A DNA stretch of 61,243 bases, counting the filler, from Porpidia crustulata (taxonomy: Eukaryota), in NCBI GenBank assembly GCA_964255105.1. It is 8 parts of 8 records of this genome, joined end to end, with 100 filler letters (N's around TTAATTAATTAA, not from the genome) between each part and the next. Parts side by side here need not be neighbours in the genome. Positions count along the whole stretch, not along the records: positions 7,683 to 15,258 come from CAXUWE010001288.1; positions 15,359 to 22,931 come from CAXUWE010001289.1; positions 23,032 to 30,604 come from CAXUWE010001290.1; 5 more parts are not named here. One strand, given 5' to 3'. Below are positions 13,299 to 25,364 of the stretch, one piece after another. Position numbers and translations under genes: made by a program. Within the stretch, counting starts at the first letter, position 1. Each line of letters starts with the position of its first letter. The notes under the pieces were generated by a model. The model was given only the letters and a program-made list of their open reading frames with translations, was not told where the DNA came from and did no database searches.

Positions 13299-15258
13299 GC
13301 CTTCGGGCGTATGATGAAAACAACGAGCTAACGAGTCGCAGCCAAGGTATTTCAGCTATATTGCGGCCCTGAACGGTACTAATGGCAATACAGGTAGACG
13401 TCGAAGGATTCCGTGGGTGATGAGAAGCAGTGGGAAAAGTTGGCGACAAATTCGCCGTCTCGGAGCTCGAGAGAAGAGAAGGAAGGAAGATCGGGTTTGG
13501 TCATATCCTCACGGACCACATGACACTGTATTCAAATTATTGCATGGTCAAGATTGTTAACCAGTCATATAGATGATAGAGGCACCTTTATGCGACCTCC
13601 ACGGTACAAGGTTGGCCGCTGCGGGCGCAATACCGCAGCAGATCAGCGATTCCTAGGCACGAAGTAGCAAGTCTGCACGTATTCCTGCATGGAACATATT
13701 CTGTCGAAGCTGCAAGAAAGCCGGAGGGGCCAAATTATGTCGTGCGTGTGTGGAGGCCGCAATCCCAATCGGGAAAGTCCCGGTAACGCAACAAATCGAT
13801 TGCACCGTCGAAGCGCACAATCTGCAAAGTACATATAGTGAGGCGTATCCGCCATGATAATTCAGGTGTCTAATCATTTTTCTTTCACCCTCACGCCATT
13901 GAAACATACCACCTTCATCGGGCCAGTCGGAACAGGCGCAAATCCTGGAAACGGCACCTGTCATCGAATAATTGATGTATATGCTTCCATTAGCAACAGG
14001 ATGATCGAGTACCTGAATTGTGATGGCTGATGCGTCTGACAGTAGCACTTTGTGCGCTTCAATTGTGCGACGGTTGGCTGCGCTCCGGAGATTCCCATCC
14101 CAAGTCGATGATCTGATAACGAATAGAAGCTTTGCATCCCCAGTTACAATGAAACGTACCAATCATAATCCCCAGCAAGGTAACGAGGCATTCAGGTATA
14201 TCTTGCAACCCATGCACGATCGGATCGGTCCCCCAGAGGTGGGGGCGAAAACGATGGGGTCGGAAAAAAGCGCTCTCACGACAGGACCAAGATACGCGTT
14301 CAAAACAGAACTAGCGGCTGTTCCTTGGTATATCGGTTACATAAAGGTCATTGGAGCAGCTCGATAAGAATATCTGGGCTAACATCTCCAATGATTTCTG
14401 AGGCTCCGGACGAGCCATCTCGTTGTTTCAGCGTCTCTACTGCTGTTATACTCGGCATGCACTTGCATGTTTAAAACAACGCTTCATCCGTTTACTTGAT
14501 TAACATTTCTCAAGGACGCACCTTCGCTCGCGCGCACACCCCCAATTCCTTACTCGTACACCCTCTTCCCTTGATCGAGCAAGATAGGAGCATGATCAAG
14601 CGCACACATCAAACATAAGTTCGTCGCTAGACGAGTATGCTAGAATCTCGAACATCTTCTCGATCAAACGGGTCCGTTAAAAAAGGAAATCATCACACAA
14701 GCAGAGCCTAAGATCACCGTCTCCTACACTATTCAATTCTCTACTACAACTGCTTCAAAAACATACTCTTCAAAGGCCTCGAACAGCCTGCACCCTCATA
14801 CCCCCCTGCGTTCTCGCTCTCGCCCCTGCCTCCGCCCCTGCGTCTACTAACCTTATTCCTCCATCTGCGCCGCCTGCGCCGTGACGTGAAATTTAAGCGA
14901 ATGATAGGCGGCTAATTCTAAAACTAGGCCTATCAGGAAGGTGATCTATCGATAGGAGATAAGGGTTTACGGGCGAACCCCTGGTTAGCCCCATATACCA
15001 GTAATTTCCTAGACACAGGTATGGAGTGTGTGAGTGCAGTCTTCGATAATGAATGATCTTTAATAAGCAGTCTTAAATACCACCTATCGGCACCCCACAT
15101 TGAAGCAAGCAATTTCGAAACCCTCATCAGCCTCTGCATCGCATCTCGTCGCTGTCATCATGAATCTACTGGCTGGCGGGAGCAGGGAAAGTTAAGGTTG
15201 GCGGAAACGAGGGATGGAACGAGCGAGGGGTAAGGAGTGGAATGAGTTGTTGGAGGGG

Positions 15259-15358
15259 NNNNNNNNNNNNNNNNNNNNNNNNNNNNNNNNNNNNNNNNNN
15301 NNTTAATTAATTAANNNNNNNNNNNNNNNNNNNNNNNNNNNNNNNNNNNNNNNNNNNN
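15259..15358. other. Artificial contig spacer
   Basis: N-run with TTAATTAATTAA. Confidence 0.99.
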
Positions 15359-15811
15359 GGGTTGGGGCTGTGGTGGGAGTAAGAGATGGCGCAGAGGGTC
15401 TGCGAAGAGGTATGACTATGCACGCGATTGTTGAGTGCGCAGAACGCATGGAGTACAAGGGATTGGAGAGGCCAACTTCGGGGGGTGGGTCATATTGTCC
15501 ACAAAGGCCACGAGGTGGAATACATCCATGCTAAAATATTCAGAGCCTACAACCGAAAATTGTTTAAAGCCATTTACCATGGAACAGACAGCCCAAAGGC
15601 AATTAATACGCCTGCCTGACCTTATGCCACAAACGCCGACCATATGTATGTGGATCCAGCAATTTCCGCCCTCCAGTGAAGAACGTCCGAAGAAACCTCA
15701 AGGCCTGAAGAAAGTTATGCAAGAGAGTCGACCGATGTGTTCATACAGATATTTTGATCGTAAAGATAGACAAGCCGAAAAAGGAAACCGTCTTGTTGCG
15801 TCGCCTGAACA

Positions 15812-16752
15812 TCACAATATCTTGCAGGGCCTGGACTTTGACTTCTTGGCTTTCGCCCCCGGCTTCTGCTGAAAAGTCGACTGGCTCTGCTCGCGGATCT
15901 CGACCTCCTGGCCCACGGCGGTATTCACAGCAAGCTCAAAGACGTCGTCAACACCTTGCATTTCCTTGCTGCTGCATTCGACGTATATGGCATTCATGCG
16001 TTTCGCGACGCCTTGACCTTGTTCCGGTGTCACCGGAGTGAGACCTTGGGTTTTGAGGAGATCGATGCAGGCGCGTTTGGTACGGAGATCGGACTTGAGG
16101 CCCACGAGGATGAGGGGGGTGGTAGGGCAAAAATGGAGGACTTCAGGGTACCACTATATATCAATTTAAGCTTCGGAGCTCACTAGCATGGGGATTGAAA
16201 CTCACCTTGTCCATTACATTCTCCAAAGAGTTTGGGCAGTCAATGGCAAAGCAAACGAAGAGGAGGTCGGTCTCAGGGTAGGACAGTGGCCGGAGTCTAT
16301 CGTACTCTTCTTGTCCCGCTGTGTCCCAGAGGGCTAGCTCAACCGTCTTGCCAGTAGGAGCATGTAGAGTGTGTGTGATGTAGTTCTCGAACACAGTAGG
16401 AATGTATTTCTAGCAAGGTTCAATTGAAGACTTTGAGTGTTTTAGATTGGAGTGTTACCTCTGGGAAATAGCCTTGGCTATAACTAATCAATAGACACGT
16501 CTTTCCGCAACCACCGTCTCCGACAACGACGAACTTTTTGGAATATGATGGTGGTTGTGTCATGTGCGTTTCTGCCGATTTATTCGATATACTTGTTGTG
16601 GTACTGATGGTACCACTGCTCGCTCTTGCGCTTTGGTTTCTCACAGGTTTTCTTCGAGGAGATACAGACCCAGGATTCCTGTTTGGCTGTGCGCTCATTG
16701 TTGAGCCTCGGCGTCGTAGGTAATCATAGTTTTCTGGAGCTTGTATGGACAT
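15812..16752 (-). CDS. RHO4: Rho4-type small GTPase, 3 exons
   Basis: [48 protein letters not shown]-terminal extension and C-terminal CAAX box CKIL. Confidence 0.92.
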
Positions 16753-17076
16753 TGTGCGTATGTACGTGAGTGATGAGGGTAAACAGTGGTTTCGGGTTTC
16801 TGCAAAGGACCTAATGCACTATCGAGAATATGTGCAAAGGATACTATGTTCCAGAATAATTGGAGTTTGGTCTCAAACAGATGTTTACTAGTCTCGACGT
16901 TCACTAGGCAACAGACCAAAAACCCACTGATCGAGGGAGGGCGCTTACCTTATTTGCTATCTAATCAGACCCGACGGAGGTTCAACCGTGCAACATCACC
17001 TACGCGCATTGAGGGATCTTGCAGGCACGGGAGGCGGCTGAACAGGAGTATTTGTTTTCGCCATGTTACCTTTTCG

Positions 17077-19041
17077 ATGAGCGTCTACGATGGCGATGAT
17101 AGAGTCCTGTCGGATTCCAGAGTCTGGCAGGGCTCTTCATCCATACCTGAGCTGGCTAAAGACGCCTTGAGACGGGATGCAGGCCTACATGACCTAGATC
17201 ATTGTATGCTTTCTCTCCTGCGAGCTAGAATTGTCTCTCACGCTCCATTCAGATAGGGAAAGGTTACCTAAATGGCGCTACGTACCTCGACAACAGCTCC
17301 TCCCATTAGTGCGTTGGGAGACTCCCTATCTAGCTATGATGCAGAATACGTTACGAACTCCTGCCCTCGACTCCTACTTTTCGGTTACTGCAAATTTGGG
17401 CACTCATACCTTTTTCATGATAGTGTTACCCATACTCTTCTGGTGTGGATATACAAGCCTAGGAAGAGGGTATGTCAACTTGTTGCCGGTCTTGGAACCA
17501 AATTTGGGACATCTGACGAAGGACTAGAATGGTACATATACTGGCGTCGGGCGTTTTTATCAGCGGTTTCATGAAGGATCTCTTGTGCATACCAAGACCA
17601 CTCTCGCCTCCACTTCAAAGGATCACAATGTCGAGCTCTGTCACACTTGAGTATGGTTTCCCCTCGACGCACTCGACCAATGCTGTTTCAATAGCCGTAT
17701 ATACACTTTTTGCTTTGCATTCTCCTCATTCAAATATCCACACTCAAGTCAGACTCGTGTTAGAGATCATCTCATATTTTTATGCAATGTCGATCATAAT
17801 TGGAAGGCTTTACTGCGGTATGCATGGCTTCCTGGATGTCATAATCGGTGGTTTACTGGGCGCTGCTTTGTCCGTGATTCAATGCGTTTACGGGGATAAC
17901 TTTGATTATTGGATGGCCGCCGGCTCGTACGAGGCGCCTATAATATTTGTCTTGATCATATTTGTGCTTGTACGAGTTCATCCTGAGCCTGCTGATAATT
18001 GTCCCTGTTTTGATGACAGCGTTGCCTTTGCAGGTGTAATGATTGGGGTTGAATTAGGTATCTGGCACTTCGCGGGGAGTGGTTACGCTTGGGATCATCC
18101 TGTGCAGGCGACTACCCCCTTCCAGCTCGAGGCTCTGGGATGGCCTAAGGTTTTGATGCGCATTATTATCGGCGTTTTGACGATATTCGCATGGAGAGAA
18201 GTCATGAAGCCAACGATGCTCCGCTTTCTTCCACCAGTTTTTCGCGTCGTTGAAAGGCTTGGATTGAGTCTACCTAGAAGGTTCTTTGTTCAGGCTTCGT
18301 AAGTCTTCCAGCTCTACAAGCCTATGAGCACTTAATGACGATTCTTATTATAGAGAATATAAGAAAGTACCCAATCAAAAAGATGATAATGTTATCCCTT
18401 CAATCTCGGAAATACCTTCCTTGCTTACTTCAATCCGCCACCTTCGACGAAATCGTTCAGTGTCAATTGGACCCCAGTCCGAAGCCGATGCCTACGAGAC
18501 TTTAGCGTATCGCGAGCGACGCCGAAAAGAGAGTCTGTCTTCAGCAGCAGTACCATCAATCTTAGTATTCAATGAAGAGATTGAAGACGATACAATCCAG
18601 CCCGACAATTTGGAAATGACTTCTGAAAACAAAGCCTCAGACGTATACCACAGCACAGGCTCGGTGTCATTGCTAGGGATTTCGGCTGCCAACGGATACC
18701 GCAAATTGCCATCGTGTGAGACTGCTCTATCCAGCCCTTCGGCCGCGAGTAATGGGTCGAAAACGAATGATACAAGAACCCGTTGCCGCAGTACTGAACG
18801 ATATGAGAAGGAGCACAAAGACGTGTTCTCGAAATTGGAGAAGCCGAGAGTGCGATATGACGTTGAAGTTATTACTAAACTTGTTGTATACACAGGTATA
18901 GGATGATTGCTGCAACATCAGACCAGAGTCCAAGATGCTGACCATTCATCCAATTTAGGCATTGCTTGGCTCGCAGTCGAAGGCAATCCTATTCTTTTCG
19001 AGATTATAGGACTTGGGCTCGGCAAACGCCCAAGCAGCTGA
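17077..19041 (+). CDS. LCB3: Dihydrosphingosine-1-phosphate phosphatase (PAP2 family)
   Basis: KDLLCIPRPLSPP, EYGFPSTHSTNAVS, GRLYCGMHGFLD and HPEPADNCPCFDDS; last exon IAWLAVEGNP...SS* ends at 19041. Confidence 0.9.
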
Positions 19042-20209
19042 TTATAAGTGCATGGAAGGTCTATCAAAAGCTTGTACAACCCACCCCACGAAGTACACCA
19101 AGACTATACCCCGACCTAGTCGATGACACCTCAGCTTTTCCTTGGATACCTCTGCGAAGTGTTGGCGCCAACGAAACGCTACAATCTCTGGGTCAACAGC
19201 AAGCTCTTGGCCTCAAGACATCGATTTACTTGCACTAGAGACATAGCAACTCGACAAAATTGCTATAACAATAGCTCCAGAGGTCTGCAAGGAGGCTCAA
19301 TGACGACATGGAGAGGGTGTGAGCTGCTTGAGCAGGGATTTGTGAGATGTAGCTCTGCCCTTCCCCAACCCTCAAAAGCTAGGACCTTGATCTTAGAAGA
19401 TTTCTATTACGCGACCACTTGGGTACAATGGCGTCAGGTGTGGAAAACTAAAACATCGGATCCTTGTTTGGGTGGATTGGATGGAATCAGAGCATAGACG
19501 ATCTGTATTGACTTGACTGTTACCCCTCAAGTTTCTGCTTGATAAAGAGGATAACTTGTGGGTGCAACGCTAGCCCTACCAGAGCTACATATAGGGTCAC
19601 GCGCGGAAGAGCGCAAAAGCAGTCCTGCATTGACTACTGACCCTCGGCTCTATATGCGGGCCTACAACTACTCTCATTACATCATTTCTGATGCTATGTC
19701 GAGTGTAAAAGCAAGCTATTGTGTTCGAAGATGCCGTACAGAATTGTGGTCCCAGCAATACCGATGAAGTGGCGTCGACCTCGCTTACCGTGGAAGTTAG
19801 GGCTTTGTGTCATCGAACAGTTGGCCGCAAAACCATCTACTCACGTGCCCTTACATCTATATCCCGTCTGTCTTCTAGCTATACCATGACGGTCTAGCTG
19901 CTCCTTGTGAATCTATTCAAGCAGCTGGAGGAGTACCTGAAATAGAAGTGATGGAACCGGCATATCCTTTATCCCTAGCGCTTGATGAACTTCCTTCACT
20001 GTTGCTACAACATGTGGGGTCAGAATCCTTTTCATGGAGTGATTCCAGCGACAACACTTGGGTACATATAAATTTCCATCTGACACTTTTCCTTCTGTTC
20101 ACATCATCCTTTCTGAACTGCTACTTCTCCGTGCCTCCTCTCTTGTTTTCGCCTTGGAAATATTTTGTAGATTCTCTTAAGTATTGTTGACACTGCCACA
20201 ACCTACGCA

Positions 20210-21955
20210 ATGATTCTCAACAACGTCTTCGCTGGGAGTCAGCTCTTGGTCTCGGCACTGGTCTTCGCTGGATTGGGCAATGGGGAAGCAATCAAGCGTC
20301 AAGTTGGGACCTCAACCACGGGATCTCCTGCTCAGGTTTTCCAGACCACGCCAGAACTATTTGCTGGTTAATAATCCCCTCCTATCTGAATGAAGATATA
20401 CTAACTTTTGACAAGGTCCCACCAGCACTGGCTTGCCGCCGTTCATGGCCGAGACCAACACGATCTTACCCAGCCACGCCAATTCTTACGTCCCAAACAA
20501 TCCTTTGGAGACCTCACAGCCAATCCCGGGCAATACTGAACACAAGAACATCTTCGAGCTGCTTGGTAATCAGAGCCCCTATTTCCCCAATCCTGTTGGC
20601 TTCGGTGTCGATGAGTACCCACTGCCGAAAGGCGCGAATGTCACCCAAGTTCATGCCATTCTACGTCATGGAGCGAGGTATCCAAATATTACCACTGGAA
20701 TCGAGGTCATCTTATTTGGGGAACGGCTCAACAATGCTTCGGGTACCCTGAAGGCTCACGGTGATTTATCCTTCCTCAACACCTATAAGTACCAACTCGG
20801 TGTGGAGATTCAGACTGCTTTTGGTCGTCAAGAGTATGAAATTGCTAATATTTCGACGATCCATTCTAACAGCCTCATAGTATGTTCTCCTCTGGAGTGT
20901 ATCACTATTATCAATACGGGAAGCTTTACAATACCTCGACAAAAATTATTGCCCGCACAACGTCACAGGATCGGATGCTCCAATCCTCAGAATACTTTCT
21001 GGCTGGCTTCTTCGGCCTTGACTGGACTCAAAACGCCACACTTGAAGTCAATATAGAAGAGCTTGGGTTCAACACCAGCTTGTCTAGCTTCTTGGTCTGC
21101 AATAACTCTCGGGACCTTAACTCTGTAAATAGCGGCGGACCAAATGCTAGCGCTCACTGGAACGGGATTTACCTTGCTGATGCCACCAAACGGTTTCAAG
21201 GTATGGTCAGTGGCTATAATTGGACTCTTAGGGACACCGTTGCCGCACAACTCCTCTGCCCGTACGATACCTATGCCTACGGCTACTCGCCCTGGTGCTC
21301 CGTATTTACCTACAAAGAGTGGGAAGGCTTTGAGTACTCTATTGATCTTGGCTATGCCGGTTCCTTTGGATTCCAGTCACCTACAGCTCGTGCCATTGGA
21401 ATTTCATGGCAGCAAGAAATCATGGCCCGACTGAAACACCATCTCATTACGAGTACCAGTGCCGCAAACAACATCACCCTCGATAGCAGTACGGAATTCT
21501 TCCCGCTCGACCAGTCTCTTTACTTTGACTTCTCGCACGACACGAACATTATCCCTATACTCACGGCCTTCGGGCTGAAGCAGTTTGGAGAGTTTCTCCC
21601 CGCCGATGGCCCACCGGACCCAAATCGTGCTCTTTTCATATCTCGTCTGGTCCCGCTCGGCTGTCGTCTCCACATTGAAGTCATCAAAGCAGAGTCACCT
21701 GTTCCAGCGGATCGCTCATCGCCTTCCAAGGGCGGTCCGCCAACGACCTACATCCATTTTGTACTTAATCAGCGTACAATTCCACTTGGGAAGAGTCTTG
21801 AGGCATGCGGCGAGCGGGCAGACGGATGGTGCGAGATCAATGACTTCTTCGAGTCGCAGAAAGACGCCGTGGCGCTTGCGAGGTGGGATTACTCGTGCTA
21901 TGGAGACTGGCCGGTCGTGCCGTACGGTCAACTTACCAATGGAGCGCCTCCCTAA
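20210..21955 (+). CDS. Secreted histidine acid phosphatase / 3-phytase
   Basis: Signal peptide MILNNVFAGSQLLVSALVFAG, catalytic RHGARYP and FSHDTN motifs, two introns. Confidence 0.92.
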
Positions 21956-22931
21956 TCGGGATTCCAGAGCAATAGATGATATTTCTTGCAAAAACTTGGC
22001 TCACTACCACTGTTTTCTTCTCAGAACAGGAAAGACTCAGACTAGATGACGCCAACTACTGGCTTTCGATGACTAGAAGAATAAAAGATCGCTTGCTACC
22101 CGTTATTGCTCCCCATCATGTAGATCGTATTGTGAATTCATCTCCACTTACCCATCCCCAAAACCGTCGATTCACCAGCTGCTCAGCAATGACATCCACG
22201 GTGTTCGCGCGGGATATCACGGATATTGTTCAGCGAATGATCTAGATCCTGTCTGGAGAAATATCGATTCAACTTTCGTGGACAGTCATTTCAAGTGGTA
22301 GTGAAACAAACACTGCAAAACTCATTGATAGCAACTTCCTATTCTTATTCGCCTAGTTTGCATCTTTGTCAAATATGTGGGTTTGAACCCGTGAAAGTAT
22401 TTATCGACATCTTCTGTGTTGATTATAGTATCATGAAATGTCTGTTGTTCTCTTTCTTCAGCTTACAAGCTAAGGCGACATGCGAGAGCTCAATACACAT
22501 ATTTATATACGTCGCCTATCAACCTCTCCTTCCTATCTTTAAATCTATTCTTGCTATTGATAAATATGTCATCTTACATATATCTACCATAACCTTCTTA
22601 CCGCTAGTCTACCTTAATACTCTCTCGCTCTCACACCTCAGCTTTTACAGAAGCACTCTCCCTGGCGAGCTCCGCAATGATATTTACGAGCATGCCCTCA
22701 CAGCCCCTGAAACCATTGTTCCTCGTCTCATCTTTCATTGATTCAATGTTTGAATTTACCCACAAATGCTCCAATCCTAGCACCGGCTGCGTCCGCATGT
22801 GTCCACTCGGATAGGACAGCACCAGTGTCAGCCGTAGGAGGAAGAGTGGGGAGGTATTTGTATCCCAAGGAAATTGGGACCAAGAATGAAGGTTGCGGGG
22901 AGAAGAAATGGAAGAGAGTGGGGGCGGGTGG

Positions 22932-23031
22932 NNNNNNNNNNNNNNNNNNNNNNNNNNNNNNNNNNNNNNNNNNNNTTAATTAATTAANNNNNNNNNNNNN
23001 NNNNNNNNNNNNNNNNNNNNNNNNNNNNNNN
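22932..23031. other. Artificial contig spacer
   Basis: N-run with TTAATTAATTAA. Confidence 0.99.
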
Positions 23032-23530
23032 CCGTTGGTGATGTCGAGGACGTCCAAGCCGGCATGACAGATTCGAAAGGGAAACGGAAACGGGAGTTTG
23101 AGATGAGGTTCCGGCAAAACGAGACTGCGGGGAAGAGAAAAGCAGGGGTGGAGCAGTCGGATGATGTTAAGCGGGTCCTCAGTAAGATATTCTGAAGCGA
23201 CGCGCGATGGCATAGGAGCCGCAGCGGGAAGGTTTGTCGCGCCGTTATCCTCCGGGTGGTGGAGCCATCGTGTAGATAGCAGGGTGGACTTGGGTTATTT
23301 TGGTAAGGTGGAAGTCTGCGTTACAGCAATCGAGTGTATTAGATGGTTCTGTAGGATTCCCACGGTGGTGTTTGTGCAGGAGGGAGGACGAGGATGGAGG
23401 AAGCACTGAGTGGTTAGATGATCACTACAAAGCTATCACCATGCATGAATCGCTTCGTGGTAAACATCACCATATCTCACGCCGAGACTTAATGCTGCGT
23501 AGTAGCGATTCTCGCAAAATCAAATCCACT

Positions 23531-25155
23531 TCATCCCTTGTCCTCAACATTCAACTCATCAAACTCATCCAGCAACTCCTCCATATCAAACCCCGGCACC
23601 TCGTCGCCCTCCGTCTCCTCCGTGTCCGCCACACTCGCCGTCTCGATCCCTTCCATCCGATCCTTCTCCTTGCTGGCCTGCTGCGCCTTGTACACCGCCA
23701 GCGTACCCCTCAGATCCGTGTCCTCCTCAACGTCGCGCAGGAACATTTCGTAATCCCGCTCCATGCGGTCCTGGTCCTGCTTCTTGGGCAGGACCTCGCC
23801 TTCGTCCTTGTTCATGCGCTTCAGCTTCCAGGTGCGCGACTTGGTTTTCTTCTTGCGGGCGTAGAACTTCTTGACGAGCATGACGTCGGGGATGGCGGAG
23901 GCGTAGGTGGTGCTCTGTTCGACGGCTTCGAAGTGGGGGTTGTTGAAGTTGGTGCCGGTGAGGTGGTAGCCCATTACGGAGTCGCCGGGATGCAGTACTG
24001 CGCCGAGATGTGTTCGGGTGAAGTATGTGGTATCGTTGACGCCGAGATCGGAGGCTCGGGCGACAGTGGCCTCGGCGAGGAGGAAACGGCCTTTTTGAAG
24101 GCCGGTTGGCTCGATGTCCATGACGACGAATTCGACGAGTTCTTGAACATCGGCTAGCGAAACGAACGGCGTTCGCCAATATAAAGGGGTCGTTACGTCA
24201 GCGGTCTGAAGGGTATTAGGGTCTATAAGGTTGATGGATGTTCCAATGCGGTAGCAAATGGTCAAGGGAGATATGTTGCCTATTTGCTTGGCAAGCTTGA
24301 TAGGGAGGGCCACGAGATCGTCCTTGCATATAGGGACTAACTCGACTGAGAATGAGAATTTGTAGGATTTGGTGGAGGTGTGGATGTCCATGGAGATGAG
24401 CTCTTGAGATTTCTTACTGCGAACGGGAGCAACTGAAGTGAGGAAGTCGACGAACTTTTCGGCATGATTCCTTTGTGAGTAGTAAAAGTCAAGACCATCT
24501 TTTACTTCTTTGATGTTTATGGTGTCTTTATGGGCAGAGTGTTTCAGGATAAGCTGTTCGATGTAAAGGAAGGTTCGTTTGTGTGGTACTTTTTGTCGTA
24601 CTTGAACGACAGATCGCCAGGTGTTTGCGGTAAAGGACTTGGCACAATCGGGACATTGATGGTATGCTACCACGTATTCCACCTCGAACGTCTGCTGCAA
24701 TATGGTCCCTTGAAACGCCTCTTGCTGTATGGTGATTTTCACCTTGACTCGACGAGAGTGGGGCTCCGTCCATATAAAGCTGGCGTCAATGATCCTCACT
24801 TTTGTCAAGCCTCGCAGCTTTCGCAGGCACAAGGCTAGCAGTTCTCTTGATTCAGGCGCAGCTGTGATCCAGTGGGCCGGGGGTTGAAGCCATCTTTCAC
24901 AGTCCCGGCATATGTGGAGGACAGCCTCTCTTTGTATACCCTCCGAGATATCTACTGTGAGTTTGATGCAGTCATGACAGAGTGCACCAGCGGCAGCGGT
25001 ACCATCGATTGGAGAACCACAATTGCAGCAGAGTATTCTACAGAATCGTGAGTTACTATTAGGATGGATTCAAGGTCTGCTACTCACGTCGCGCTAGTTT
25101 GTGGGATGGCAGGTCTGTGAGCTATCGATACGGGCGCATCTATATCCATAGACAT
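23531..25155 (-). CDS. NMD3: 60S ribosomal export protein Nmd3
   Basis: ILCCNCG zinc motifs, DASFIWTEPHSRRVKVK and QVRQKVPHKRTF, acidic NES tail LLDEFDELNV; one 5' intron. Confidence 0.96.
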
Positions 25156-25266
25156 CTCGAGTTGGGAAGATATTTATCTAAACACTGAAGGATTCAGGTT
25201 AGGAGTCCAGGATGTATGAGATGTATGACAGGATTTTGCCCACGGTCAAAGATTCAGTGCTCACTT

Positions 25267-25280
25267 TCTTATCGATAAGA
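25267..25280. promoter_or_regulatory. 14-bp perfect palindrome TCTTATCGATAAGA in the NMD3/ATP25 divergent promoter
   Basis: Seen directly; contains inverted GATAAG half-sites in an intergenic region of about 210 bp. Confidence 0.55.
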
Positions 25281-25364
25281 GGCCGATTAGATAATCAGCA
25301 TTTTTGTTTCAGATCTCTCAGTGTGCACTCGACGGGAGTCTCTGTCATCGACTAACCATTATTT

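Noticed and set aside
13643..15139. ORFs upstream of the first PTH11-like gene, checked for a second peptide precursor
   Set aside because: No signal-peptide ORF with plausible gene structure was found
22640..22741. LPGELRNDIYEHAL F-box-like motif
   Set aside because: Too short, the frame closes soon afterwards and the contig ends; at best a relic
23300..24157. 285-aa plus-strand ORF
   Set aside because: Antisense shadow of the GC-rich NMD3 coding sequence
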